DNA from: an uncultured bacterium
GTDB taxonomy: Bacteria; Bacillota; Clostridia; Lachnospirales; Lachnospiraceae
Assembly: GCA_963519465.1 (NCBI GenBank)
Contig: CAUQMY010000003.1
Span: 69,313-133,312 of the forward strand
Direction: 5' to 3'
DNA length: 64,000 nucleotides
Shown piece after piece: positions 52,114 to 61,131 of this stretch. The translations under genes and the position numbers were made by a program. Position 1 is the stretch's first letter. Each line of letters starts with the position of its first letter. Under the pieces are notes generated by a model. The model was not told the DNA's origin. It made no database searches and saw nothing but the letters and a program-made list of their open reading frames with translations.

Positions 52114-53305
52114 TTTCTTTTGCCTCCTTTTGAGCAGATATAAACTCCTCGATATAATCTGCCGCCTTTTTTATGCCTCCCGTCTCCAGAAAGCTCTGTC
52201 GAAGCACCTTGCAGCTTTTCCTGTAATCGGGATCGTCCAATACCTCATTCGCTTTTTCCCTTACTATACTGGCAGTCATTTTTTTCATGTCAAGGACTAT
52301 GCCGCAGCCTTTTCCTGCTGCCTGCTTTGCTGTTAAAAACTGATCGTTCATCAATGGAAAAAGGAGCATAGGTACTCCGTAGTTTATGGCTTCACCGACG
52401 CTGTTTAACCCTCCGTGGGTGAGAAAAAGACTGGCATGTTTCAGTATTTCCAACTGGGGGACATATTGTCTTACCATAAAATTATCCGGTACATGAGGAA
52501 AATCAGAAACCTGACACTTTTTCCCTATGGAGAGAACAACAATTCCGTCAAAGGCTTCAAAAGCTTCCATACACATGTTATAAAAGTCTAATAACTGGTT
52601 GTTTATGGTACCCATTGAGATATAAATCACTTTTTTCCCTTTTAGTGCCTCTACCGGAAAATCTTCTGCTGCCTCATCCCTGATCAATGGACTTATGAAC
52701 TTATAGGAGTCATCTAACAGTTCACTGCCAGGATTAAACTCCTTTGAGGTATATACAATGTTTAAATCTCCCTGGTTTTTAAAAAATGTAAGAGAGTCCG
52801 GCAATACTAAGCCATAAGTGAAACACAGTGCCTCCAGTCTGGCATAGAACTCATCCAGCTGTGGATGAAACCCTTTTTGCAACATCTCGTCAGGAAGTGG
52901 AAGACGACTTAAAGCAAAGGAAGAAAAGGATCCAACCACTGGTATGGATAGAATCTGGCCGAGAAACTGGCCCGCTCCCAGAACACTGTCGTAAATGATA
53001 AAGTCAAAAGTTTTTTCTTTCCATAGACGTAGTATTACAGGAATCAATATCTCATCCAACCGGATCATATATTCCAGTATAGTGAAAAACGGGTGACTGC
53101 CTGCTGGCCGGTATGTGCTGTAAAACTCTTTCAGTTCTTCCCCTTCTTTTAAAGGCACTGCTCCTGCTGCTTCCAGCTCATGAAAAAAAGAATCCGCACC
53201 AAAATACCATATGTTTTCCCCTCTGGCTGCAAGCTCCCTAACCAGGGGGAGCGTTGGATGTACATGACCATGCAGATTCCCATTGATAAATAAAATATTA
53301 GACAT
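52097..53305 (-). CDS. MGT-family (macrolide-type) UDP-glycosyltransferase
   Basis: 402 aa. GT1/MGT signature (THGGLNSVGEAINYGVPMLLFPLMNDQ). Confidence 0.8.
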   Translation of the reverse strand: MSNILFINGNLHGHVHPTLPLVRELAARGENIWYFGADSFFHELEAAGAVPLKEGEELKEFYSTYRPAGSHPFFTILEYMIRLDEILIPVILRLWKEKTFDFIIYDSVLGAGQFLGQILSIPVVGSFSSFALSRLPLPDEMLQKGFHPQLDEFYARLEALCFTYGLVLPDSLTFFKNQGDLNIVYTSKEFNPGSELLDDSYKFISPLIRDEAAEDFPVEALKGKKVIYISMGTINNQLLDFYNMCMEAFEAFDGIVVLSIGKKCQVSDFPHVPDNFMVRQYVPQLEILKHASLFLTHGGLNSVGEAINYGVPMLLFPLMNDQFLTAKQAAGKGCGIVLDMKKMTASIVREKANEVLDDPDYRKSCKVLRQSFLETGGIKKAADYIEEFISAQKEAKEIVPEK

Positions 53306-53319
53306 ATGACCCCTCCCTA

Positions 53320-53369
53320 TATATCAGATTGATACAGTTTATACTATATCACTCTGATATAATTGTCAA
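53320..53369 (-). promoter_or_regulatory. Promoter-like TTGACA-17 nt-TAGTAT bracketed by a 9-bp inverted repeat (TATATCAGA...TCTGATATA); candidate PadR operator
   Basis: Read directly, immediately upstream of the MGT-PadR operon. Confidence 0.4.
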
Positions 53370-53397
53370 GATCATCTTTGCCTGTTATAAATACAAA

Positions 53398-53436
53398 GCT
53401 GCTGCATCAGTTTTTAAAATCCTCTGATGCAGCAGC
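53398..53436 (-). terminator. Terminator after the L,D-transpeptidase gene
   Basis: 13-bp perfect stem GCTGCTGCATCAG / CTGATGCAGCAGC followed by TTTGTATTT on the minus strand. Confidence 0.7.
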
Positions 53437-53477
53437 CCCTATGGCCTTACTTATTTCTATTAATAACCAAAACCGCT

Positions 53478-55202
53478 TTACATGCCAGGCCCGATTTTAT
53501 TCTTTCCGGTACTTTTGCCAGCACCAGGACCGTCTATTTGTTCCTCAGAAGCAGCGGTTGTGGAAGGTTCCTTCACGGTCTCCCTGGTGGGAGCTGCTGT
53601 GGTCTGGGCAGGTGCTGTGGTTGGTGCGGCGGTCGTTGTCGGAGCGGCGGTCGTTGTCGGAGCGGCGGTTGTTGGTGCCGCTGTGGTCGGCGCGGTAGTT
53701 GGAGCCGTTGTGGGAGCTGTTGTCTCCTCTGGCTTTCCTGTAGCTCCTGAAGCTGTCTTTGATTCTGTTCCCGGCAGATGGTAGCAGAGAACGGGAATTC
53801 CCCCGCTTATATTTTCAAAAATAGTTTTAGCCACTGCGGGAGGTAAGTTGATACAGCCATGAGATCCGCCGTTCTTGAAGATAGACCCTCCAAAGCTGCT
53901 TCGCCATTTGGCATCGTGAAGTCCAATATTGCCGTTAAACGGCATCCAGTAGGAGACCGGAGTTCTGTAGTTCTCTCCTTTTAAGGTCGCATCTCTTTCT
54001 TTATAGGTAAGGGCGAAAACTCCTGCTGGTGTTGACCAGCCTTTGGATTCATTGCCGGATACAAAATCCGATTCCACTACAAGCTTTCCGTCTTTATAAT
54101 AATACAGATGCTGAGCGGTCAGATTAATCTCCACATAAGTGTTTCCATAATCTGTAATGCCATGACTGGCTGCCTTCGTCTTATAAACTGGTTCTCTTGA
54201 CTGACTGTTCCCGGTGCGAATTAACTCTGCCAGCTCATCGGCCTCCGCACTCTGGTTTATTTTCCAGCCATAACTTCCGCCTGTAATCTTTACATTCTGC
54301 CCTGTGGAGGTCTTTAAGTTCTTGGCTTTATACGCAGTGTCGTACTGGTCTGCCAGTTCTTTCACAAAGGAGCTGACGGACTTGCTGTCCAGATAGACCT
54401 TACCGCTTTCATCGGTTTTGATCCATTTGGATATGGTGTCTCCGCTTAGAACCTTTTTTCCATCTCCAAATTTATATGTAATGGTTGTATTGACATATTT
54501 GTTCATGGTCTGAACTTTGCTTACAAGTTCAGGATCGTCCGTCGAAACATTCGGGGATATGTAAGCACCTGCTTCATCCAGAGAAAGTTCCGGTTTTAAA
54601 TTCATGACGGCATCAGAAATCTCTGTCTTCACCTTTTCCGGATTTACTTCTTTTCCTTCCTTTGCCGGTATAATATGATATCCCTGCCCGGAAGCATAAT
54701 CAGATATGGACGCATCCTCAGCTTTTTCTTCCGGATCTTCCGTCAGAAAGGATAAGGCAGAAACGGCTGTATTAAATTTATCCTCATTGTACTTGATCAT
54801 GGTACCAATCTCATAAGTCTCAGGCGTCTTAATGTGCTTTCCCCAGGAAAGGGGCTTTTGCTCCGCCAGTAACTCCTCAAGCTTTCCGTCAAACACCGAT
54901 TCCAGTCCGATATCACTGCCCTTTAACTCTTCGGTGTCTCCTCCTCGTTCCTGGATGGTAAGCTTATAATCGCCAATGCTTGAAGCGATCATTTCCTTCA
55001 CATCCTCAACAGATTTTTTGGATACATTCATTCCATTGATCGTGGTATTGGGGAAAAACACCTTTTCATATGCTCTGCCCATCTGGATATATGCCAAAGT
55101 AGCTATCAACGCCGCTGCTGCCACAGTTCCGCCTCCGACTACTGCCCAGCCCTTTAATCCAAAGGGTCTTTTTTTCCTGCTGCGCTGTTTTTGTTTTTCC
55201 AT
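53478..55202 (-). CDS. L,D-transpeptidase (YkuD domain) with N-terminal membrane anchor and C-terminal Pro/Thr/Ala-rich tail
   Basis: 574 aa. YkuD catalytic region (GLHDAKWRSSFGG..GGSHGCINL). Paralogue of 61992..63401. Confidence 0.88.
   Translation of the reverse strand: MEKQKQRSRKKRPFGLKGWAVVGGGTVAAAALIATLAYIQMGRAYEKVFFPNTTINGMNVSKKSVEDVKEMIASSIGDYKLTIQERGGDTEELKGSDIGLESVFDGKLEELLAEQKPLSWGKHIKTPETYEIGTMIKYNEDKFNTAVSALSFLTEDPEEKAEDASISDYASGQGYHIIPAKEGKEVNPEKVKTEISDAVMNLKPELSLDEAGAYISPNVSTDDPELVSKVQTMNKYVNTTITYKFGDGKKVLSGDTISKWIKTDESGKVYLDSKSVSSFVKELADQYDTAYKAKNLKTSTGQNVKITGGSYGWKINQSAEADELAELIRTGNSQSREPVYKTKAASHGITDYGNTYVEINLTAQHLYYYKDGKLVVESDFVSGNESKGWSTPAGVFALTYKERDATLKGENYRTPVSYWMPFNGNIGLHDAKWRSSFGGSIFKNGGSHGCINLPPAVAKTIFENISGGIPVLCYHLPGTESKTASGATGKPEETTAPTTAPTTAPTTAAPTTAAPTTTAAPTTTAAPTTAPAQTTAAPTRETVKEPSTTAASEEQIDGPGAGKSTGKNKIGPGM
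53626..53679. repeat. 18-bp tandem repeat x3 (GCGGCGGTCGTTGTCGGA, third copy diverged) inside a wider repetitive tract (about 53591..53725)
   Basis: Two perfect adjacent copies read directly. Encodes the TTAAPT-type repeats of the transpeptidase tail. Confidence 0.85.
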
Positions 55203-55395
55203 TTATTTCCTACCTCTTTACTAGCCTTTTCTTTCAGGATTAATTATAACTGAAAACCGCAAAATATGTCTAAATTTTTCCGGTATATTTTTTGACTTTT
55301 TTATTACGATTTCTCTTTAAGATATTTTAAGACATTTCACAACAGACCAGTGTCTTTCATAAAATGAAAATAAGAATATTCCAAAGGACACCTTC

Positions 55396-55899
55396 ATGAC
55401 ACGTTTTACTGCTGTTTACGGAACGGTTACCTCCGTTAATCCGTTAGAGACTTCTGCCCTTTCCCACAGCTGTTCCCTGCTTATTTCTGTTATAAGCCAA
55501 AGCCTTGGTCAGGTCAATTTTGTCGTCAATCCCGATACCTATGTTTTAGAACAGCATACCTTTTCAAAAGGCGATCCCATTATTGCCATTTATGATGCAG
55601 ATGCACCCGTCCCTCTCATCTATCCGCCTCAGTTCACTGCCATCATACTTGCGAAAAATGACGATGGATACTTAGCCATGTTCGATTATTTTGACCAGAA
55701 TCTCGTAAATACAGATGAAACCTTAAAGCTTAATATTCCGGAATCAGCTTCTTCAGAGATCCTGCTTCCCAACGGTCAGACGTTCTTTTATATGCCGGGA
55801 GGTCATTACTTATTCGTTTTATACATGTTTACTACCCGCAGTGTCCCTGCAATTACCACACCGGATAAAGTTATTGTATTTTGTTCGTCGGAAAAATAA
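55396..55899 (+). CDS. Hypothetical protein
   Basis: 167 aa. No family recognised. Confidence 0.45.
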   Translation: MTRFTAVYGTVTSVNPLETSALSHSCSLLISVISQSLGQVNFVVNPDTYVLEQHTFSKGDPIIAIYDADAPVPLIYPPQFTAIILAKNDDGYLAMFDYFDQNLVNTDETLKLNIPESASSEILLPNGQTFFYMPGGHYLFVLYMFTTRSVPAITTPDKVIVFCSSEK

Positions 55900-55965
55900 T
55901 CAAAGCAGCGGGCAAAAAACACTCCTATAAAAGCTTTCTTAGTAAAACAGTGTTTGCCGAAGTGT

Positions 55966-55996
55966 GGCGTAGCGTAAAAGCTACGCCATTTCTTTT
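55966..55996 (+). terminator. Intrinsic terminator
   Basis: GGCGTAGC-GTAAAA-GCTACGCC followed by ATTTCTTTT. Confidence 0.7.
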
Positions 55997-56200
55997 AAAA
56001 TAACCGCACGAATATTTAGCGGCACTGCTTGTTTTTGATAATTAAAGGGCGCAACTGACAAAGCCCTCTAAATATAGAGAACAGCGGCTTTGATTTTCTC
56101 AAAACCGCCGTTCAGTTAAGCATTAGTTTTTGAGCATGAAATAGCAACCACTAAATGACGTTTTTTTATTATCATTTGGCAGAGGATTTAAAAACGAAAC

Positions 56201-56689
56201 TTATAACAAGTCATTTAAAGCAATGATCTTACTGCCTTTACTTTCATAATAGCGCAGCATTTCGTCAATTTTCCTCTTATCATAACATGTAATGCAATCT
56301 GATAATACATGAACACTATAATTTGCTTTGCGTAAATTGTAACAGGTTGATTTAACACAAGCAACCGCATCTGCTCCTGTTATGTAGAAATCACATATTT
56401 CGTTTTTACTAATAAAGTCTGTAAATTCTTCACTGCTCAATGCGTTTCCTTTGTATTTTGTAAACACATTTTTTGATACTATATTTAAGTCTGAAGCTAA
56501 TTCAGACCCATATGTATTGGGTTTAAAAGTCCTCGTGCCGTCTGATAAATTTTCATGCCTTATATAAACAACAGGAATATTATGATTGACTGCCCAATGA
56601 ATCGCTTTATTGATATTGTCAATGATATCCTTGTAATTCTTTGTTATGTCATTTTGAATATCTATTATTACTAAGGCTTTTTTCTGCAT
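56201..56689 (-). CDS. Isochorismatase-family cysteine hydrolase
   Basis: MQKKALVIIDIQND... with a GADAVACV catalytic Cys region. GAGGAG RBS precedes the ATG at 56689. The gene is visibly more AT-rich than its surroundings. Confidence 0.8.
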   Translation of the reverse strand: MQKKALVIIDIQNDITKNYKDIIDNINKAIHWAVNHNIPVVYIRHENLSDGTRTFKPNTYGSELASDLNIVSKNVFTKYKGNALSSEEFTDFISKNEICDFYITGADAVACVKSTCYNLRKANYSVHVLSDCITCYDKRKIDEMLRYYESKGSKIIALNDLL

Positions 56690-56818
56690 TGTATCTCCTC
56701 CTGATAGGTATATTAATTGATTTGCTTTTTTATAGTACCATGCAATTGTTGACAACATTATGGCAATAATCTATAATGACAAAAAGAAATTTTTGAAAAA
56801 TTGAAAGGCGGCTGTCAG

Positions 56819-57359
56819 ATGAAAATTGACAGGCTTGTTAGCATTATTTTAATACTCCTTGAAAAAGAGCGGATAGGCGCACAGGAGTTAGCAGATATGT
56901 TTGAAGTTTCCCCCCGCACAATCTACCGTGACATAGACACGATAAACATGGCGGGAATTCCTGTTTGTTCTGTACCGGGAGTTGGCGGTGGCTTTGAAAT
57001 CATGCAGAAATACAAGATTGATAAAAAAGTTTTTTCGACTGCAGACCTTTCTGCTATCCTGATGGGGCTTTCCAATCTCTCTTCTATGATACGAGGGGAT
57101 GAACTGGTAAATGCTCTTGCCAATCAAAATCCGTATTCATAAATCTGTCATGGATCGGGTACTTGATTTTTGCGCTTATGAACACTTTTTGGCTGACGGC
57201 AATGAGCATTATATTGTTCGTTTTCCTTTCATAGAGAACGAATACTACTACAATATTCTTTTCAGTTTTGGGGATAAATGCGAGTGTTTAGAGCCGTTAC
57301 ATATCCGCACAGAAATGAAGCGTAGAATACATGATATCGCTGCCTTATACGAAAACTAG
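56819..57359 (+). pseudogene. Decayed YafY/WYL-type regulator: HTH N-terminus and C-terminal WCX-like part in different frames, WYL domain missing
   Basis: Frame 1 gives MKIDRLVSIILILLEKERIGAQELADMFEVSPRTIYRDIDTINMAGIPV... and stops at 57142. An overlapping frame (57111..57359) encodes ..FGDKCECLEPLHIRTEMKRRIHDIAALYEN. Compare the intact 300-aa paralogue at 15144..16046. Confidence 0.65.
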
Positions 57360-57385
57360 AACAAGGAGTCTATTTCCGCTAACCC

Positions 57386-57429
57386 CCAAAAAACAAGCGT
57401 ATCGTTTCTTATGAACGATACGCTTGTTT
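57386..57429 (-). terminator. Terminator of the ECF/NiaR operon (also closes the convergent pseudogene)
   Basis: 16-bp perfect stem AAACAAGCGTATCGTT / AACGATACGCTTGTTT followed by TTTTTGGGGG on the minus strand. Confidence 0.8.
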
Positions 57430-57518
57430 CAGACATTTTATTTAGCAGCCGCCTATTAACAATATAGTTCCCTGCATCAATTGCCATCATAGATTATATT
57501 TGCGGCAGCCTGTGTATT

Positions 57519-58043
57519 TTATGATTCTGCAAGATAACCCTTCTTTTTTAATTCCATTTCAATTCTGTCTAAATTTTTTTTGGAATCTGCCGCAACCGTA
57601 TGATAGTGGCAGCCATTGGTCAGAATTTTAAGCGGCTGATCCCCGGAATGTTTCAGGGACTCCACGAATTCTTCTGCATCCAGCCGGTTGTTGATGATCA
57701 AATCCACATGGATCTGCCCATAAACTTCGTGCTCAATGAACACGTCCAAAAGTCTGCCGCCATAATCCACAATGGTCTGTAGCTCACTTAACGTATCTTC
57801 CGTCGTATGCTGCGCGCAAAAAACCCTGACACAGTCTGTTCCCTCCTGGGCTGTCTGACGGCGAAGGACATACCCTTTGTTGGTTGAAAGGATTTCTTCC
57901 TGCTCCGCCCTCATAAGTGCCACGTCCTGAACCACAACCTGTCTGCTCACCCCGACTCTTTTCGCCAGTTCTGTCCCTGAAACGGGTCCTTTCTCCTGAT
58001 TTAAGATTTCTATAATTTTTTTTCTGCGTTCGATTCCATCCAA
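57519..58043 (-). CDS. niaR: NiaR (YrxA)-type niacin-responsive transcription repressor (HTH plus 3H domain)
   Basis: 174 aa. RRKKIIEILNQEKGPVSGTELAKRVGVSRQVVVQDVALMRA HTH. The C-terminal 3H-domain histidines are present. Confidence 0.8.
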   Translation of the reverse strand: MDGIERRKKIIEILNQEKGPVSGTELAKRVGVSRQVVVQDVALMRAEQEEILSTNKGYVLRRQTAQEGTDCVRVFCAQHTTEDTLSELQTIVDYGGRLLDVFIEHEVYGQIHVDLIINNRLDAEEFVESLKHSGDQPLKILTNGCHYHTVAADSKKNLDRIEMELKKKGYLAES

Positions 58044-58049
58044 TTTCTG

Positions 58050-59744
58050 TTATTCCCTGCCTTTTTCTTTGATGTCTTCTGCTGTTAAAAATGCACCCTC
58101 ATATCCCAGAAATTCGCACAATCTGGTGGTATGAGGCTGTTCCAGCCTTGCTTTTTTTAAGTTTTCCTTTTCATAGAAAACAGTTTCCCCCGGCCCGTCA
58201 GCCAGTACATTCCCATGTGCCATCACAATGACCCGGTCAAAATATTCCGCAACAAAATCCATATCGTGAAGAATCGCCAGTACGAAAACCCCCTTTTGGC
58301 TCAAAGTACGGATAATGGTTCCCAGTGTCTCCCGCCCTTTGGCATCCTGGGCAATGGTTGGCTCATCAAGTATGAGTACGCCTGGCTCCATGGCGATCAC
58401 AGAAGCAATGGCAACCATCTTTCGCTCTGATAAGTCCAGATCATAAGGGTTTTCCTCTTCTGCCTGGGAAAGTCCTACCATGTTAAGTGCTTTCCGGGCT
58501 TTCTCCTTTGCTTCTTCCCGGCTGGCTCCTAAATTAAGGGGTCCTACCATGACTTCTTCCAGAACCCGGTTTTTAAAAATCTGGTCATCAGGATTTTGAA
58601 ACACATAGCCTACGGTTCCCGCCAGCTTTGCCACTGTTTTTAAAGAAATGTCTTCTCCATGTAAGAGAATTTTTCCTGCTTCTGGTTTTAAAAGTCCTTT
58701 TAAAAGCTTAACTAACGTGGTTTTTCCTGCTCCGTTCTGTCCGATGATGGCAGTGGGCTTTGCGTCAAGGCTTAAGTTCAGGGATTTGATGATTGGAGCC
58801 CCCGGACGGTAGCCAAAGCTTAGATTTTCTATTTCAAAGAGCTTTTCTCCATTGGTTCTATCCCGCTCTTTTTTACTGCTTCTGCCTGAGAGCTGCCCTG
58901 GAAACTGAGCCTTTAAATGCTCTGTCTGGGCAAGAGTGGCCGGATACAGCTTCACTCCTTCTTCCTCTTTGCATACGCCAAGACGTTTGCATACCTGGGT
59001 ATAAACGGGCGGCTTGATTCCCAGTTCCTCTAAGTCGGCTCTGGAAAAGATTCGTTCCGGTGTGTCATAGGCCACCTGCTTTCCCTCATGCATAAGAAGA
59101 ATTTTGTCACAGTATTCCGCCAGTTTCTCCATCTTATGTTCTACCATCAAAACGGTTATTCCCGTCTTTTTCAGCATCTCCACCACCCGGAATACCTCTT
59201 CACTTCCCTGTGGGTCCAACTGGGAGGTTGGTTCATCAAGGACAATGACTTCCGGTTCCATGGCAAGTATGCTGGCAAGGGCCACTCTCTGGGTCTGCCC
59301 GCCGGATAAATCAAAGGGATTTCGGTCTCTGTATTCTTCAATCTCCAGACGTTTTAAATTTTCATTTACCCGTCTAAAGATCTCTTCTCTTGGAATCCCC
59401 AGATTCTGAAGGCCAAAGGCAATTTCTTCAAACACCGTCTCCTTAGCTCCGGAAAGCTGATTAAATGGATTTTGAAAGACCAGTCCTACATGGCGGCACA
59501 GTTCTGCAATGGGAACTTTTCCAGCTTCCATTCCATCAATCAACAGCTTTCCTCCATAAGCTCCCCGGAACATGGTGGGTACCAGTCCTGCGAAGGCCTG
59601 GCACAAGGTACTTTTTCCAGCCTTGTTTTCACCGATGATCCCGATAAACTGCCCTTTTTCCACGGAAAAATCGATTCCGTCAAGAGCCAGGCGTTTCGTA
59701 TGGGGATAGCGGTATTTTAATTGTTTTACTTCGATCAAAGCCAT
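58050..59744 (-). CDS. ECF transporter fused double ATPase (EcfA-EcfA')
   Basis: Two ABC cassettes (GENKAGKST.. LSGGQTQR.. and GQNGAGKTT.. LSERKM). GGAGG RBS precedes the ATG at 59744, which overlaps the ecfT stop. Confidence 0.9.
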   Translation of the reverse strand: MALIEVKQLKYRYPHTKRLALDGIDFSVEKGQFIGIIGENKAGKSTLCQAFAGLVPTMFRGAYGGKLLIDGMEAGKVPIAELCRHVGLVFQNPFNQLSGAKETVFEEIAFGLQNLGIPREEIFRRVNENLKRLEIEEYRDRNPFDLSGGQTQRVALASILAMEPEVIVLDEPTSQLDPQGSEEVFRVVEMLKKTGITVLMVEHKMEKLAEYCDKILLMHEGKQVAYDTPERIFSRADLEELGIKPPVYTQVCKRLGVCKEEEGVKLYPATLAQTEHLKAQFPGQLSGRSSKKERDRTNGEKLFEIENLSFGYRPGAPIIKSLNLSLDAKPTAIIGQNGAGKTTLVKLLKGLLKPEAGKILLHGEDISLKTVAKLAGTVGYVFQNPDDQIFKNRVLEEVMVGPLNLGASREEAKEKARKALNMVGLSQAEEENPYDLDLSERKMVAIASVIAMEPGVLILDEPTIAQDAKGRETLGTIIRTLSQKGVFVLAILHDMDFVAEYFDRVIVMAHGNVLADGPGETVFYEKENLKKARLEQPHTTRLCEFLGYEGAFLTAEDIKEKGRE

Positions 59745-60508
59745 TGCAAGATCCTCCATAAAACGGAAGCGATAAGCAATAGTACCATGAAGGCTATAAA
59801 GCTCTTATCTTCTCCCCTTAATTTGTGTTCCTGTAAAAAGGTTTTCTTCTGCCTGGAATCAAATCCCCGGACTTCCAGCGCAATGGCCCTTTCCCTGGTA
59901 TTGATCAGTGAACTGTTTACCACTGGAGAAATTAAGGGGATGAAGGCTTTGGCTCTTACAAAAAGATTCCCTTCGGTCTCCATACCCCGGCTTCTCTGGG
60001 CATCCATAATGGTATTCATGGTCCCCATCATCTGTGGGATGATTTGGAACACGGAGCAGATCATATATCCGAATCTGGGTGAAAAACCTACCTGCTCTAA
60101 ATCATCCACCAGAGCCGCAGGTCTTGTGGTCAGGACAAACACAGCAAATGCCAGAAGCATATTTAAGATATTCAACCCGATCTTTGATGCATATAAAAGC
60201 CCTTCTTTATAAAAAATAAGGGGTCCAAGAGTAAAAAGCACCTGAACATTTTCCTGGTTAAAAAGTCCGTGGATCAAAAATACCGTAAGAATAATGGTAA
60301 AAGAAAAAGCGATCAGGGGAAAAGCCTTTTTGATGATTTTCCCTCCGATCAGCAGGCAGAAACTGATCACCAGGCAAGGGCCATACAGCACCATCCCTCC
60401 CCCAATGAGAGGAATTGTCACAGCAGCCAGTATATAAAACAGCTTTGCAAACGGATGGAGCCTGGTTAAATAAGTATCCTGGTCCACGTAAAGACTGATG
60501 CTTTTCAT
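59735..60508 (-). CDS. ecfT: ECF transporter transmembrane (T) component
   Basis: 257 aa. CbiQ/EcfT family, with the ARG-type motif region (AQRSRG...). Confidence 0.85.
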   Translation of the reverse strand: MKSISLYVDQDTYLTRLHPFAKLFYILAAVTIPLIGGGMVLYGPCLVISFCLLIGGKIIKKAFPLIAFSFTIILTVFLIHGLFNQENVQVLFTLGPLIFYKEGLLYASKIGLNILNMLLAFAVFVLTTRPAALVDDLEQVGFSPRFGYMICSVFQIIPQMMGTMNTIMDAQRSRGMETEGNLFVRAKAFIPLISPVVNSSLINTRERAIALEVRGFDSRQKKTFLQEHKLRGEDKSFIAFMVLLLIASVLWRILQWL

Positions 60509-60526
60509 GTGAATCCGCCTTTCTGT

Positions 60527-61129
60527 TTAATCCAGGCTTACCACTTCATCGTCAAGTTCATAAAGAGAGGTAAGTTTCCTTGGAAGTCCTTTTACAATGG
60601 CAAAAACGATTAAAAGAGTAATAAACTTGTCCGGAACATCAACCACCACTTCATCAAGAAATGAACCAAGGAAAACAGGCAGGCCTGAAGCCTGAGACCA
60701 TGCAAAAACAGCATCTCCCCAGATATTTCCAGTGGTTCCTCCCCAGAAAATAAGATTTAATGGGGTGGAGATTATAACTGCAGTAAGTCCGGTGACACAA
60801 GCTGTTAAAAGCGCTCCCGGCAATGTTTTCATATGGCCAAGCCTCGCCATGATTCCAGCAGAAGCACCGATTCCAAGGCTTGTCAGGGCATAGACAAGGG
60901 TGATGGAATCACCGGTTGTAAAACCGAAAATCAAATTGTTGGCAGCTCCGCAGATTCCTCCGATCACAGGTCCTCCGAGGATTCCTCCGATGCAGGTGCC
61001 AATGGAATCCAGCCATAAAGGCAGTTTTAAAACAGATGCAAAAAGTTTACCAAGATAATTGATGCCGATACATGCTGGAATCAGTACAAAACACGCTGCA
61101 TTCCATTTTGTTTTAAATAGCTGTTTCAT
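60527..61129 (-). CDS. ECF transporter substrate-specific (S) component, specificity unknown
   Basis: About 200 aa, six TM helices, Gly-rich helices resembling YkoE-like S components. The alternative TTG start at 61135 overlaps the upstream stop. Confidence 0.7.
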   Translation of the reverse strand: MKQLFKTKWNAACFVLIPACIGINYLGKLFASVLKLPLWLDSIGTCIGGILGGPVIGGICGAANNLIFGFTTGDSITLVYALTSLGIGASAGIMARLGHMKTLPGALLTACVTGLTAVIISTPLNLIFWGGTTGNIWGDAVFAWSQASGLPVFLGSFLDEVVVDVPDKFITLLIVFAIVKGLPRKLTSLYELDDEVVSLD

Positions 61130-61131
61130 TC

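Noticed and set aside
53427-53784. Plus-strand ORFs with AAVVG/CGR repeats
   Set aside because: They are antisense readings of the tandem-repeat region encoding the PT-rich tail of the L,D-transpeptidase.
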